This document shows, piece after piece, positions 24,213 through 34,498 of a stretch of DNA of 64,000 nt. Origin of the DNA: Candidatus Eiseniibacteriota bacterium (lineage in GTDB: Bacteria; Eisenbacteria; RBG-16-71-46); the NCBI GenBank assembly GCA_036505355.1, contig DASXTP010000102.1, positions 84 to 64,083 of the forward strand, read 5' to 3'. Below the pieces are notes generated by a model. The model did not search any database and had not been told where the DNA came from. It saw only the letters and a list, made by a program, of their open reading frames with translations. The first letter of the stretch is position 1; the number at the start of each line of letters is the position of its first letter. The translations under genes were made by a program, and so were the position numbers.

Positions 24213-25584
24213 CCTGGCCCTCCTGGGGGGCCCTATCGAGCGCCCGCTGTCGTTGCAGCAGGCGGAGCGGGTCGTTGGCCAGGATGACGATGAATAACGT
24301 CCCGATCACCACCAGACCCACCTTCTGGTACCGCAGGTAGGCACGCGCGGAGAGGGCCTGGCCGCGCACCGCCTGAACCAGCGCCAACGCGATGTGTCCG
24401 CCGTCCAGGACCGGGATGGGAAGCAGGTTGAACGCCATGATGGCGATGTGGATCATCGCCAGGAACTGCAGATACGCATCGAAGCCGCGCTTCGCCTGTT
24501 CGCTGGCCGCCTGGGCGATGAACAGTGGACCACCCAGGTACTCTCGGTAGTAGAGCGGCCGCGTGAGCGTCAGCCACATTCCGCCGTACACGTTGACTAC
24601 CAGGGCACCGGTGGCGCGAAAGCCGAGAGCCAGTGATTTCAGCGGGGAATGTCGTTCGACGAAGACCCCGGAGCGCGGCGCCTCGATGCCGATCCGGGCG
24701 TCCACCGACCCGCGGCGGCCTTCGGGGTTGATCGGAATCACGATCAGCTCGAAGGTGCGACCACCACGCTCCACCCGGAGCCGCACCGGCTGATCGACCC
24801 GGCCGCGCAGCGCGACCGGCAGCTCGTCCCAGGCCCGGACCGGCCGCCCGTTGACGGCCAGGATCCGGTCACCTTCCTTGAGCCCCGCCTTATAGGCCGG
24901 CATGCCGGTGACCACGCCGCCGACGACCGGGGGATCGGGGGGCCGGCGAAGACCCAGGAGCAGCGGCTCGCGCTGCTCGGGCGTCAGCGAGAACTGCAGC
25001 ACCGAATCACGGCGGGCCACCGATAGCGTCACCGGTTCGGACTTGGGATGCTTCGAAGCGGTGAGGAAGATGCCGATCCAGCTCGTTACCGGCTGTCCGG
25101 CGACGTCGATCACGCGGTCCCCTTCGCGTAGGCCCAGCCGGTGGGCGAGGCTCGAGTCTGCGACCGGACCCAGCACGTTGGGATGATCCGGGTAGGTGAC
25201 ACCGACCATCCCCACCGACACCATCACCAGGAACGCAGTCACCAGATTGGCCGCTGGGCCTGCGGCGGCGATCAGCAGACGTCCCTGCCAAGGATGCGAT
25301 AGGAACTGCTCGGGCCCGGTGGGCATCGATCCGTCCTCGGCCGGGCTGTCGCCGGCCATCTGGACGTATCCGCCGAGCGGAACCCAGGAGAGACGGTATT
25401 CGGTCTCGCCGCGCGTCACCCGCAGGAGGGCGGGCCCGAATCCGAGCGAGAACTTCAACACCTTGACGCCCCGCCACTTGGCGACCAAGAAGTGCCCCAG
25501 CTCGTGGACGAAGATGACCAGGCCGAGCAGCACGACCCCGGGAAGAATCAGGTTCCAGATCACGCCCAACTCCTTGGATGGCAA
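24193..25584 (-). CDS. rseP: Site-2 protease RseP (M50 zinc metalloprotease with PDZ domains)
   Basis: HELGHFLVAKW (HExxH), PDZ-like segments, C-terminal NLLPIPVLDGGH. Confidence 0.9.
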   Translation of the reverse strand: MPSKELGVIWNLILPGVVLLGLVIFVHELGHFLVAKWRGVKVLKFSLGFGPALLRVTRGETEYRLSWVPLGGYVQMAGDSPAEDGSMPTGPEQFLSHPWQGRLLIAAAGPAANLVTAFLVMVSVGMVGVTYPDHPNVLGPVADSSLAHRLGLREGDRVIDVAGQPVTSWIGIFLTASKHPKSEPVTLSVARRDSVLQFSLTPEQREPLLLGLRRPPDPPVVGGVVTGMPAYKAGLKEGDRILAVNGRPVRAWDELPVALRGRVDQPVRLRVERGGRTFELIVIPINPEGRRGSVDARIGIEAPRSGVFVERHSPLKSLALGFRATGALVVNVYGGMWLTLTRPLYYREYLGGPLFIAQAASEQAKRGFDAYLQFLAMIHIAIMAFNLLPIPVLDGGHIALALVQAVRGQALSARAYLRYQKVGLVVIGTLFIVILANDPLRLLQRQRALDRAPQEGQVAPSPP

Positions 25585-25745
25585 TGCGCTCGCGAAAGGT
25601 ACGCCGCGTCTCTCGGAGCGTCAAGCCACGGCGCCCAAAGAGCATGGCGGATCGGCCCCAGACAGTATTGGCCCCGCACTTCCCGCCAGCCCGGCTGTCG
25701 GCATTTCCGTTCCTTGACGAGGTCCCTCCAGATCGGCAGCAGATT

Positions 25746-26864
25746 TCATGCCGCCTCCCCGCGCTCCGCCAACACCTCGTGATACGCGGCCAGGGTCCGC
25801 TCGACCGTGCGCGCGATGTGGAACTCGCGGACCGATCCTCGCGCGCGTTCCGCCCAATCTTGTCGCGATTCCGCATCGGCCAGCGCCTCGAGCAACGCGC
25901 CGGCCAGCGCGTGCGGGTTGCGGCCCGGCACCAGCCGCCCGGTGCGCCCGTCCTCGACGATCTCCGGCACCCCGCCGACCGCGGTCGCCACCACGGGGAT
26001 TCCCAGCGCCTGCGCATCCAGCAGCGACGTACACAGACCCTCGAGGAAGGACGAAAGAACGAACAGGGTGAACTGGCGCATCAGCGCGTGCGCATCGGCC
26101 CGGAAGCCGAGCAGATGGACGGCCGACTCGAGCTTGAGCTCGGCCCGGCGGCGCTCGAGCGGGACCCGGCATTCACCCTCTCCCAGCCAAACGAAATGCA
26201 CGTCGGGACGCCGGGCGAGCACCTCGGCCGCCGCCAGCAAAAGGTCGGCGTGGTTCTTGTGCGGGGCGAGAGCCGCCACCGTGCCGAGGATCGGCGCTCC
26301 TGCCGGTGCGCCGATCAAGGACCGGAGGTCGGGCCCGGGTGGTGGATCGGGGAACTCGGTGCCGCTCGGTACCCACAGCAGCTTGTGCGTCGGGACGCCG
26401 CTGCGGCGCATGACCTCCAGCACGCCGCGACTGATGCACAGGTAGCGGTCCACCGGCAGCCGATACTTGATCGCACTCAGCGGATTCCTGGCGACTCGAA
26501 AATCCACCCGCCGCGACACCAGCACCGCGGGGACCCCCGCCAGCCGAGCGGCGGGGACCCCCACCGCGTGCGCATGCGCACTGTGCGCGTGCGCCACTCG
26601 CACACCCCAAGCGCGAAGGTGGGCCACCGCGCGTACCGCGGCGCCGACGTCCCACTCCGAACGGGGCCGCCACTCGGCCGCTTCGAACCCGGCGGCCCGC
26701 GCTCGGTCGAGCAGCGGCCCGCGCGGGGCGAGCAGCCGCGAGTCCACACCGCGGTCCCTGAGGCCATGCATCAGCAGCAGGACCTGTGCTTGGCCGCCGC
26801 GCCAGTCGCGCCCGGTGTCCAGGTGGGCGACTCGCAGGCAGGCGTCCCTCACCTCCGACGTCAT
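25746..26864 (-). CDS. Glycosyltransferase family 4 (GT-B)
   Basis: C-terminal EGLCTSLLDAQALGIPVVATAVGGVPEIVEDGRTGRLV, a typical GT4 EX7E region. Confidence 0.8.
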   Translation of the reverse strand: MTSEVRDACLRVAHLDTGRDWRGGQAQVLLLMHGLRDRGVDSRLLAPRGPLLDRARAAGFEAAEWRPRSEWDVGAAVRAVAHLRAWGVRVAHAHSAHAHAVGVPAARLAGVPAVLVSRRVDFRVARNPLSAIKYRLPVDRYLCISRGVLEVMRRSGVPTHKLLWVPSGTEFPDPPPGPDLRSLIGAPAGAPILGTVAALAPHKNHADLLLAAAEVLARRPDVHFVWLGEGECRVPLERRRAELKLESAVHLLGFRADAHALMRQFTLFVLSSFLEGLCTSLLDAQALGIPVVATAVGGVPEIVEDGRTGRLVPGRNPHALAGALLEALADAESRQDWAERARGSVREFHIARTVERTLAAYHEVLAERGEAA

Positions 26865-27670
26865 GGCGCGGTTTCCGGTCCGGCCTCCGAGTCGTCATTC
26901 CCCTCGGCCCGGTGCGGCTCCGCCCACAGCTCGCCGTACTTGAGCAGCACCTGGGTGGCGGCCAGCGCGCACACCAGCAGGCCACGCGAGCCGTCCAAGA
27001 AGCCCGCCTGGAGCACGTACATGCGAACGAACCGCGCCGGGGGGCGAAGCACCAGGTCGACCCACCTCGCCCGACGGCCGCCACGCCTCGCCCGCTCCGC
27101 CCCCGCCGCCGCATAGCGCACCAGCTTCTGCCGGCACTCGCCCCAGGTCTCGTAGCTCAGGTGCTCGATCGCGCCGGGGAGCTCGGCGATCCCGCCGTTC
27201 ACGATCGCACGTTCGTGAACCGGGGCTTCGTCGAAGCGCACGGCCGAGCGCCGGAACAAGCGCAGGATGCGCTCCCCGCCCCAGCCGCAGTGGCGAATCC
27301 GGCGGCCGAGGAACCAGGTGCGACGCTCCATGCGGTAGCCTGCCGGAGTGTCCGGCCGCATCGCTTCTCCCACCGCTCCCCGCACCGCCCGCTCGGCCAC
27401 CGCATCCAGGCGCTCGTCCGCATCGAGCCACAACACCCAGTCCTCGCGGCAATGATCGAGCGCGAACTGCCGCTGGCGGCCGAACCCATCCAGCGCCCGC
27501 GTCAACACTCGAGCCCCGTTCCGCGCCGCCACCTCCGGGGTCCCGTCCGTGCTGCCCGAGTCCACCACCACCAGCTCGCGGGCGAAGCTCAGCGTCGGCA
27601 ACAGCGCGGCCAGACGCGGAGCCTCGTTATGCGCGAGCAGCAGGACGGATAGCGGTAACCGGTCGTTCAT
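26861..27670 (-). CDS. Glycosyltransferase family 2
   Basis: LSVLLLAHNEAPRLAALLPTLSFARELVVVDSGSTDGT and WLDADERL (DxD-like). 4-nt overlap with the GT4 gene. Confidence 0.8.
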   Translation of the reverse strand: MNDRLPLSVLLLAHNEAPRLAALLPTLSFARELVVVDSGSTDGTPEVAARNGARVLTRALDGFGRQRQFALDHCREDWVLWLDADERLDAVAERAVRGAVGEAMRPDTPAGYRMERRTWFLGRRIRHCGWGGERILRLFRRSAVRFDEAPVHERAIVNGGIAELPGAIEHLSYETWGECRQKLVRYAAAGAERARRGGRRARWVDLVLRPPARFVRMYVLQAGFLDGSRGLLVCALAATQVLLKYGELWAEPHRAEGNDDSEAGPETAP

Positions 27671-27700
27671 GGACCTCGAGGCCGCCGAACCCCGGCCGGC

Positions 27701-28858
27701 TCACGCCCGCACCGCCTGATGCCGCGCGGTTTCGCGAGCCCAGGCGTCCCAATGGGCGAGTTGTGCCAGCGATTCGACGGCCTCCACGCGGTGGGAATCG
27801 AGAACTCGGCCGACGATCTCCGGCACCTGGACAAGAGCGACCTGCCCGCCGAGGAACGCATCGACCGCCACCTCGTCGGCTGCGTTCAACACGCAAGGGG
27901 CGGTTCCCCCGGTGCGGCCGGCCGCCAGCGCCAGATCGTACCCCGGATGCCGACCGGGCGGGATCGGCTCGAACTCGAGGCCGGCCAGCGGCAGGGCCGG
28001 AAGCCGGGCCCCCGGGCCCTCCCAGCGCTCCGGCCACGTGATTGCCAACTGGATCGGCAGCCGCATGTCGGCCGCGGCCGCCTGCGCGACCAGCGCGCCG
28101 TCCCGGAACTCGACCAGCGCATGCACGCGAGCCTCCCGATGGAGCACCGCTTCGAGCTGCCCCCATCCGAGATGGAACAGGGCCTCGGCCTCGATCATCT
28201 CGAGCCCCTTGTTGAACAGCAGGGCCGAATCCACGGTGATCCTTGGGCCCATGTCCCACACCGGATGAGCCAGTACTTCCGCGGGCGTGGCGCGACGCCA
28301 GTCCGGATGATCGCGTAACGCCCCGCCCGAGGCGGTCAGGATCAGCCGGACGACTTCGTTCGCCGGTCGCCCCCCCAAACACTGGAGCGCGGCACTGTGC
28401 TCGCTGTCCACCGGCACCAGCTCGCCACCGTGCGCCAGCGCCGCCCGCACCAAAGGCCCGCCCACCACCAACGTCTCCTTGTTGGCGAGCGCCAACCGCC
28501 GTCCCTGCTCGAGCGCGGCCAGGGACGCACCCAGACCGGCGGCGCCGACGATGCCGTTCAACACCACGTCACAATCGACGTCGACCACCAAGCGCGCCGC
28601 CGCGCCCTCGCCGAGGTGGAGCCGCGCCCCGGGTGCCGCGTCCGTCAGCTCCGCGCGCGCGCGCGCGACATCGTCCGGTTGCTCGAGCGCCAGAGCCTCC
28701 GGCCGCAGTCGTCTGGCCAGTCGGGCCAGCGCCTGCGCCGAGCGCCGGGCCGCCAGCGCCACCACCTGGATCCGTCCCGGGTGACGGTCCGCCACTTCGA
28801 GCGCTCGGGCGCCGATCGATCCGGTCGCCCCCAGCAGCATCAGGCGCTTCGGTTTCAT
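27701..28858 (-). CDS. dxr: 1-deoxy-D-xylulose 5-phosphate reductoisomerase
   Basis: LLGATGSIG NADPH motif, LANKETLV, VDSEHSA, NKGLEMIEA. Confidence 0.9.
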   Translation of the reverse strand: MKPKRLMLLGATGSIGARALEVADRHPGRIQVVALAARRSAQALARLARRLRPEALALEQPDDVARARAELTDAAPGARLHLGEGAAARLVVDVDCDVVLNGIVGAAGLGASLAALEQGRRLALANKETLVVGGPLVRAALAHGGELVPVDSEHSAALQCLGGRPANEVVRLILTASGGALRDHPDWRRATPAEVLAHPVWDMGPRITVDSALLFNKGLEMIEAEALFHLGWGQLEAVLHREARVHALVEFRDGALVAQAAAADMRLPIQLAITWPERWEGPGARLPALPLAGLEFEPIPPGRHPGYDLALAAGRTGGTAPCVLNAADEVAVDAFLGGQVALVQVPEIVGRVLDSHRVEAVESLAQLAHWDAWARETARHQAVRA

Positions 28859-29808
28859 GGCACCCGGAACACGACCAGCAGCAGGTAGTAATAAACGGTC
28901 GGAGCGGCGAAATAGAGGCTGTCGAAGCGGTCGAGCACGCCCCCGTGCCCGGGAATCAGGTCCGACGAATCACCGTGCCGGGCGTCGCGCTTGAGCAGCG
29001 ATTCGACCAAGTCGCCGACCTGCGCGAAGATCCCTACCAGCAGTCCCAGTGCCGCGGCATCGCCAGTCCGCAGGAACGGCGCGAACCAGGCCCGAGCCAC
29101 GAACGCCGCGACCAACGCCAGTGCCAAGCCGCCCAGCGCTCCTTCCACCGACTTGCGCGGTGAGATCCGGGTCCACGGCCGCGTGCGGCCCAAGAACCGA
29201 CCGACCACATAGGCGCCGGTGTCGCAGCTCCAGGTCACGAAGAACGCGAGCAGCACATAGGCCGCCCCCTCCCCGTAGCCGGTGCCGGCGCGCCACGGCA
29301 GCTCGCGGAGCAGGATCAAGTGCGCCGACAACCATCCCACGTAGAGCACACCCAAGCAGGTCACCGCGATATCGTCGACCCGCTGCCGAGCCTCGGGTCG
29401 ACGCAGCTCGAGGGCAAGCACCAAGAGCAGCACCGAGGTCACCAGGAACTCCACGTGCGGGACTCGGGGCTGGTAGCAGATCCACAACAAGACCAGCGCC
29501 GAGGCGACCCCCAGGCGCCGATAGGGACGCAACCCGCGGCCCCGCATCATGCGATAGAACTCGATCAGTCCGAGCGTGACCTGGACCCCGACCAGCAGCC
29601 AGAACGCCACCCCGCCGGCACCGGCGAGCAGCACCAGCAGGGGCACGAACGCCACCCCGCTGATCACGCGCAGCGCCAGCGCCCGGGACGACGGCTTCGC
29701 CGCGGACCCCGCTTCGGGTTCCGATCGGGCGGGATCGGCGACCGACACGGATCCGACCCCGGTGGCGTCGGCGGCCGCTGGATCGGCCAACGGGCGGTCG
29801 GCAGGCAT
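28855..29808 (-). CDS. cdsA: Phosphatidate cytidylyltransferase
   Basis: Multi-TM protein with signature SLLKRDARHGDSSDLIPGHGGVLDRFDS. Start moved to ATG 29808 so it does not run through uppS. Confidence 0.8.
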   Translation of the reverse strand: MPADRPLADPAAADATGVGSVSVADPARSEPEAGSAAKPSSRALALRVISGVAFVPLLVLLAGAGGVAFWLLVGVQVTLGLIEFYRMMRGRGLRPYRRLGVASALVLLWICYQPRVPHVEFLVTSVLLLVLALELRRPEARQRVDDIAVTCLGVLYVGWLSAHLILLRELPWRAGTGYGEGAAYVLLAFFVTWSCDTGAYVVGRFLGRTRPWTRISPRKSVEGALGGLALALVAAFVARAWFAPFLRTGDAAALGLLVGIFAQVGDLVESLLKRDARHGDSSDLIPGHGGVLDRFDSLYFAAPTVYYYLLLVVFRVP

Positions 29809-29822
29809 GGGTCCGGTGCGCC

Positions 29823-30566
29823 TCAATCGACGCGTCCGAAGCGGCGCTCGCGCCCTTGGTAGTCGGCGACCGCCTGATAGAGGTGTCGGCGCCGGAAGTC
29901 GGGCCACAGCGTGTCCGTGATCCAGAGCTCGGTATAGGCGAGCTGCCACAGCATGAAGTTCGAGATTCGCATCTCGCCGCTGGTTCGGATCAGGAGATCC
30001 GGGTCAGGCAGTCCGGCGGTGGAGAGATACGTGGCGAACAGCGCCTCGTCCAGTCGCGCCGGAACGAACCGCTCCGCTTCGTGATCCCGCAGCAGGCGTC
30101 TCAGCGCGTCGACGATCTCGGCCCGTCCGCTGTAGGAGAGAGCCAAGTTGAGCAGCAAGCCCGAGCAGCCGGACAGATAGTCCTGGGTCTCGTCGATCGT
30201 CGCGAGCACGGCCGTGGGCAGATCCTCGCGCCGGCCGATGATCTGCAGCCGAACGTTGTTCCGGCGCAGCTCTTCCCGCTCCCGGCGCAGCGTCTGGCGC
30301 AGGATCGCCATCAACGCCTGGACTTCCCGTCGCGGCCGTCTCCAGTTCTCGGTCGAGAACGTGTAGAGCGTCAGCACCTCGACGCCAAGGGCCATACAAC
30401 CACGCACCACCTCCCGCACCGATTCGCGCCCCGCCCGGTGCCCCATCATGCGCGGGACGCCGCGTGCCCTCGCCCAGCGGCCGTTGCCGTCCATGATGAT
30501 GGCGATGTGCCGCGGCAGGTTACCGCGGCCGAGGAGCGCCTCGGGGGTGAGTGCGCGGGCCGACAC
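29823..30566 (-). CDS. uppS: Undecaprenyl diphosphate synthase
   Basis: HIAIIMDGNGRWA, RTSGEMRISNFMLWQLAYTELW. Confidence 0.9.
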   Translation of the reverse strand: MSARALTPEALLGRGNLPRHIAIIMDGNGRWARARGVPRMMGHRAGRESVREVVRGCMALGVEVLTLYTFSTENWRRPRREVQALMAILRQTLRREREELRRNNVRLQIIGRREDLPTAVLATIDETQDYLSGCSGLLLNLALSYSGRAEIVDALRRLLRDHEAERFVPARLDEALFATYLSTAGLPDPDLLIRTSGEMRISNFMLWQLAYTELWITDTLWPDFRRRHLYQAVADYQGRERRFGRVD

Positions 30567-30607
30567 CGATCCTCCTACTCAGGCGGCCGAGTCTCCGCCG
30601 GTCGGGA

Positions 30608-31165
30608 TCAGACCTCCATCACCTCGGCGGTCTTCTTCTTCAGGAGCTCGTCCACCAGACCGATGTAGCGATCGGTGAGCTTCTGGACGTCCGCGATCAG
30701 GCGCTTGGCGTCGTCTTCCGACCTCGCGCCCGCGTCCTGCTGGTGCTTGACGTCCTTGTTGATGTCGTGCCGGATCTGCCGGATGTGCACGCGCCCCTCC
30801 TCGGCCAGCTTGGCCACCAGCTTGACCAGGTCCTTGCGCCGCTCTTCGGTCAGCGGCGGGATCGGGATACGGACCACCGCCCCGTCGTCGGTCGGGTTCA
30901 AGCCGAGCTCCGACTGCTGGAGGGCACGGCAAATCGCCCGGAGCAGCGATCTGTCCCAGGGCTGCACGATCAGCAGTCGCGTTTCGGGAGCGCTGACCTG
31001 GCCCACTTCCTTGAGGGAGACCTGCTGGCCATAGGCTTCGACGCGGATCGTGTCCAGCAGCGCCGCACTGGCCTTGCTGGTGCGAATTCCCGACAGTTCG
31101 CGCCGCACGCCCTCGAGGGCCTTCTTCATTCGCTCCTCGGCGTCGACCAGCGTCTTGTCGGCCAT
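30608..31165 (-). CDS. frr: Ribosome recycling factor
   Basis: Start at ATG 31165 (MADKTLVDAEERMKKALE); 185 aa; IPIPPLTEERRKDLVK. Confidence 0.9.
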   Translation of the reverse strand: MADKTLVDAEERMKKALEGVRRELSGIRTSKASAALLDTIRVEAYGQQVSLKEVGQVSAPETRLLIVQPWDRSLLRAICRALQQSELGLNPTDDGAVVRIPIPPLTEERRKDLVKLVAKLAEEGRVHIRQIRHDINKDVKHQQDAGARSEDDAKRLIADVQKLTDRYIGLVDELLKKKTAEVMEV

Positions 31166-31167
31166 CG

Positions 31168-31884
31168 TCACGCCTCCCCCACCGTGGTCCCCACCGGCTC
31201 GCCCTGCACCACGCGAAGCAGGTTTCCCCGCCGGCCCGCATTGAACACTACCATTGGAAGGCGGTTGTCCATACACAACGAGATCGCGGTCGAGTCCATC
31301 ACCTTGAGGCCGCGGCGCAGGACGTCCATGTAGCTGATGTGGGGGAAAAATGTGGCGTCCGGCACGCGCACCGGGTCCTCGCTGTAGACGCCGTCCACCT
31401 TGGTGGCCTTGAGGACCACGTCACAGCCGATCTCGACCGCCCGCAACGCGGCCGCGGTGTCGGTGGTGAAGTATGGGTTCCCGGTGCCGGCCGCCAGGAT
31501 CACGATTCGACCCTTCTCGAGGTGCCGCACGGCGCGCCTCCGGACGTACGGCTCGCAGACCCGCGTCATCTCGATGGCCGACATGACGCGGGTGTCGCTG
31601 CCGCGCATCTCGAGGAAGTGCTGCAGCGCCAGGCTGTTGATCACCGTGGCCAACATGCCCATGTGGTCCGCGCCGACCCGGTCCATGCCGCGTGCGCTGA
31701 CCGCGAGCCCACGGAAGATGTTGCCGGCGCCCAGCACGATCCCCATTTGGACGCCCAGCGCGTGCACGTCGCGGATCTCGTCGGCGAGGCCGGCCATGAT
31801 GCTCTCGTCGATCCCCTGCGCTGCCGGACCTGCCAGGATCTCCCCGCTCAGCTTCAGTAGGATGCGCTGGAAGCGAGCCACCAC
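31168..31884 (-). CDS. pyrH: UMP kinase
   Basis: [40 protein letters not shown]. The start is one of the GTGs at 31890, 31884 or 31881, just after the tsf stop. Confidence 0.9.
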   Translation of the reverse strand: MVARFQRILLKLSGEILAGPAAQGIDESIMAGLADEIRDVHALGVQMGIVLGAGNIFRGLAVSARGMDRVGADHMGMLATVINSLALQHFLEMRGSDTRVMSAIEMTRVCEPYVRRRAVRHLEKGRIVILAAGTGNPYFTTDTAAALRAVEIGCDVVLKATKVDGVYSEDPVRVPDATFFPHISYMDVLRRGLKVMDSTAISLCMDNRLPMVVFNAGRRGNLLRVVQGEPVGTTVGEA

Positions 31885-31886
31885 CG

Positions 31887-32483
31887 TCACTCCTGACCGA
31901 GGCGGAAACGGGCGAAGCGGCGGATCACGATGTTCTCTCCGGTCTTGGCGGCCGCCTCGCGGACCACGTCGGCAACGCTGCGCTGGTCGTCGCGGATGTA
32001 GGACTGCTCGACCAGGCACACCTCGGCGAAGAACTTCTCCAGCTTCCCCTGGACGATCTTCGCCAGCAGGGCCGCCGGTTTGCCCTGGGCCGCGAGCTGC
32101 GAGGCGAAGATCTCGCGCTCCTTGTCCACCCGATCGGCCGGCACGTCCTCACGCCGCACGAACTCGGCCCCCGCGGCCGCCACCTGCATCGCGATGTTCC
32201 GCACCAGATCCCCGAATTCCGGGGTCAGCGCGACGAAATCGGTCTCGCAATTCACTTCTACCAGAACGCCGACGCGGTGACCCGGATGGATGTAGCTGTC
32301 GACTCGTCCCTCGAGGGCGGTGCGCGCAGCGCGCTGCTCGGCCTTGGCGGCCCCGCTGCGGCGCAGCACGTCCACGGCCTTGTCCAGATCGCCGCCGACG
32401 TCGGTCAGCGCTCGCTTGCACTCCATCATTCCGGCTCCGGTTCGTTCCCGGAGCTGCTTCACCAGATCCGCGGTGATCTGCAT
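31887..32483 (-). CDS. tsf: Elongation factor Ts (short form)
   Basis: [25 protein letters not shown]-terminal UBA-like motif; 198 aa. Confidence 0.9.
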   Translation of the reverse strand: MQITADLVKQLRERTGAGMMECKRALTDVGGDLDKAVDVLRRSGAAKAEQRAARTALEGRVDSYIHPGHRVGVLVEVNCETDFVALTPEFGDLVRNIAMQVAAAGAEFVRREDVPADRVDKEREIFASQLAAQGKPAALLAKIVQGKLEKFFAEVCLVEQSYIRDDQRSVADVVREAAAKTGENIVIRRFARFRLGQE

Positions 32484-32506
32484 CGCCCTCCCTCGCTTCG
32501 TTCGAA

Positions 32507-32538
32507 CGCCCGCCTGCGCCCAAAGGCACAGGCGGGCG
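32507..32538 (-). promoter_or_regulatory. Perfect 10-bp stem hairpin between rpsB and tsf (possible attenuator or processing site)
   Basis: CGCCCGCCTG (32507-32516) pairs with CAGGCGGGCG (32529-32538) across a 12-nt loop. No U-tract. Confidence 0.35.
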
Positions 32539-32561
32539 ACCGCCCAGCTCGTCGATGGGGG

Positions 32562-33359
32562 CTAACGGACGGTGGCCGTCGGCGTCGCCTCACCCTCGGT
32601 GTCCACGCCCTCGCCCCCGAACGAGACCGTCTCCTGATCGCGGCCTTCGAGCGCCGTGGCCCGGGCCGCGATCACCGTGTCCGCCACGAGAGACGTGAAC
32701 AGCCGGATGGCGCGGATGGCGTCATCGTTGCCCGGGATCGGATAGTCGATCACGTCGGGATCGCAGTTCGTGTCGACGACCCCGACGATCGGTATGCCGA
32801 GGCGATTGGCCTCGGCCACGGCGATCTTCTCCTTCTTGGTGTCGATGACGAACACGATGGCCGGGAGCCCCGGCATCTCCTTGATGCCGGCAAAGGCGAA
32901 CTCCAGTCGTTGGCGCTCGCGCGACAGCCGCGAGACTTCTTTCTTGGCGAGCTTCTCGAAGGTGCCGTCGGAGGCCATGCGATCCAGGTCCTTGAGCCGC
33001 TTGATGCTGGAGCGGATGGTCTTGAAGTTGGTCAACATTCCGCCGAGCCAGCGCTCGGTGACACAGAACATGCCGCAGCGGGCGGTTTCCTCGGTCACGA
33101 CCTGCTTGGCCTGCTTCTTGGTTGCCACGAACAGGACGTGGCCGCCGCCCCGCACCGCCTTCTCCAGGACCTCCCGCGCCTCCTGAGCGCACTTGAGCGT
33201 CTTTTGCAGGTCGATGATGTAGATCCCGTTGCGCTCCATGAAGATGAATCTCTTCATCTGAGGATTCCAGCGCCGGGTTTGGTGCCCGAAGTGGACGCCC
33301 GCCTCGAGCAACCCTTTCATGGTGAGTTCCGCCACCGAGTACCTCCTCCGGGGTTCCAT
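32562..33359 (-). CDS. rpsB: 30S ribosomal protein S2
   Basis: [24 protein letters not shown]. The exact start is uncertain within the first 15 codons. Confidence 0.9.
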   Translation of the reverse strand: MEPRRRYSVAELTMKGLLEAGVHFGHQTRRWNPQMKRFIFMERNGIYIIDLQKTLKCAQEAREVLEKAVRGGGHVLFVATKKQAKQVVTEETARCGMFCVTERWLGGMLTNFKTIRSSIKRLKDLDRMASDGTFEKLAKKEVSRLSRERQRLEFAFAGIKEMPGLPAIVFVIDTKKEKIAVAEANRLGIPIVGVVDTNCDPDVIDYPIPGNDDAIRAIRLFTSLVADTVIAARATALEGRDQETVSFGGEGVDTEGEATPTATVR

Positions 33360-33470
33360 CCGCCGCCTTCGTCCCCACCGCGTGGCGCGCTGACCCGGAA
33401 GGCCTGATCCCCTCCGAGACCCCTGGCGCCCTGGACAAGGCGTGTGTGATGAACGGCCGAGAGCCGCGGT

Positions 33471-33863
33471 CTAGCGCTTGCTGAACTGGAACCGCTTGCG
33501 GGCGCCCGGCTGTCCGTACTTCTTTCGCTCCTTCATGCGCGCGTCACGCGTCAACAGGCCCTCGCGGCTGAGCTGGGGTCGCAGCCCTTCGTCTTCGCAC
33601 GCCAACGCCCGAGCCACTGCCATGCGGAGCGCTCCCGCCTGCCCGGTGAGTCCCCCGCCGCGAACACGACCGACCATGTCGAACTTGTGCCCCGTGTTGG
33701 TGACCAACAGGGCCTGCAGGGCGTGCTTGACCAGCGATTCCCGTCTCAGATACTCGGCCAGGGCCCGCTGGTTCACGGTGTGCTTGCCGGTGCCGGCCAC
33801 CAGCCGCACCCGCGCCACGGCCTCCTTGCGCCGCCCGGTTCGAATCGCGCCCATGGGTGGCAT
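33471..33863 (-). CDS. rpsI: 30S ribosomal protein S9
   Basis: GRRKEAVARV...KYGQPGARKRFQFSKR C-terminus. Confidence 0.9.
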   Translation of the reverse strand: MPPMGAIRTGRRKEAVARVRLVAGTGKHTVNQRALAEYLRRESLVKHALQALLVTNTGHKFDMVGRVRGGGLTGQAGALRMAVARALACEDEGLRPQLSREGLLTRDARMKERKKYGQPGARKRFQFSKR

Positions 33864-33883
33864 GTTCGGGTCGATCTCCTTCC

Positions 33884-34318
33884 TTAGAACTCCGGCTCCC
33901 AGGAGGCCGGTTGCTGCGCCGCGTGCGGATGGTCTGCGCCCGCGTACACCTTGAGCTTCTGGATCATCGCGCGACCCAACTTGGTCTTGGGCAGCATGCC
34001 GCGCACCGCCTGCATCACCACTCGCTCCGGATGCTTCTCCATCAGCGTCCCGATCGACGTCCAGTACGCCCCGCCCGGGTACATGGTGTGCCGAAAGTAG
34101 CGCTTGTCCCGCGCCTTGTTGCCGCTCAGCGCTACCTTTCCGGCGTTGATCACGATGACGTGGTCTCCGACGTCCAGGTGCGGGGTGAACATCGGCTTGT
34201 GCTTTCCCTTGAGCGCCGTTGCTACCTGGCTCGCCAGCCGCCCCAGCGTCTTGCCCGAGGCGTCCACCAGTAGCCAGCGACGTTGGATTTCGCTCGGCCG
34301 GGCCGAGTAAGTCTTCAT
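33884..34318 (-). CDS. rplM: 50S ribosomal protein L13
   Basis: Start at ATG 34318 (MKTYSARPSEIQRRWLLVDASGKTLGRLAS). Confidence 0.9.
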   Translation of the reverse strand: MKTYSARPSEIQRRWLLVDASGKTLGRLASQVATALKGKHKPMFTPHLDVGDHVIVINAGKVALSGNKARDKRYFRHTMYPGGAYWTSIGTLMEKHPERVVMQAVRGMLPKTKLGRAMIQKLKVYAGADHPHAAQQPASWEPEF

Positions 34319-34434
34319 GGACTCCTCATGCGGGGGTTCCACCGGAGCGGGCGCGCGCGCCAAACGACCCCTCGAGGCTCCGCTCGGGTCGCGGGACACC
34401 GCGAAGGGCCGCCGCTAGTGCCAAGAAACGCCGC

Positions 34435-34464
34435 ACGCTAGCACGATGGCTCGAAATCTGTCAA
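34435..34464 (-). promoter_or_regulatory. Sigma-70-like promoter candidate for rplM-rpsI
   Basis: The minus strand reads TTGACA (34464..34459), an 18-nt spacer, then TAGCGT (34440..34435), about 117 nt upstream of the rplM ATG. Confidence 0.35.
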
Positions 34465-34498
34465 ACGGGATTTGGTCCGGCGTCCGACCTGGACCGGG

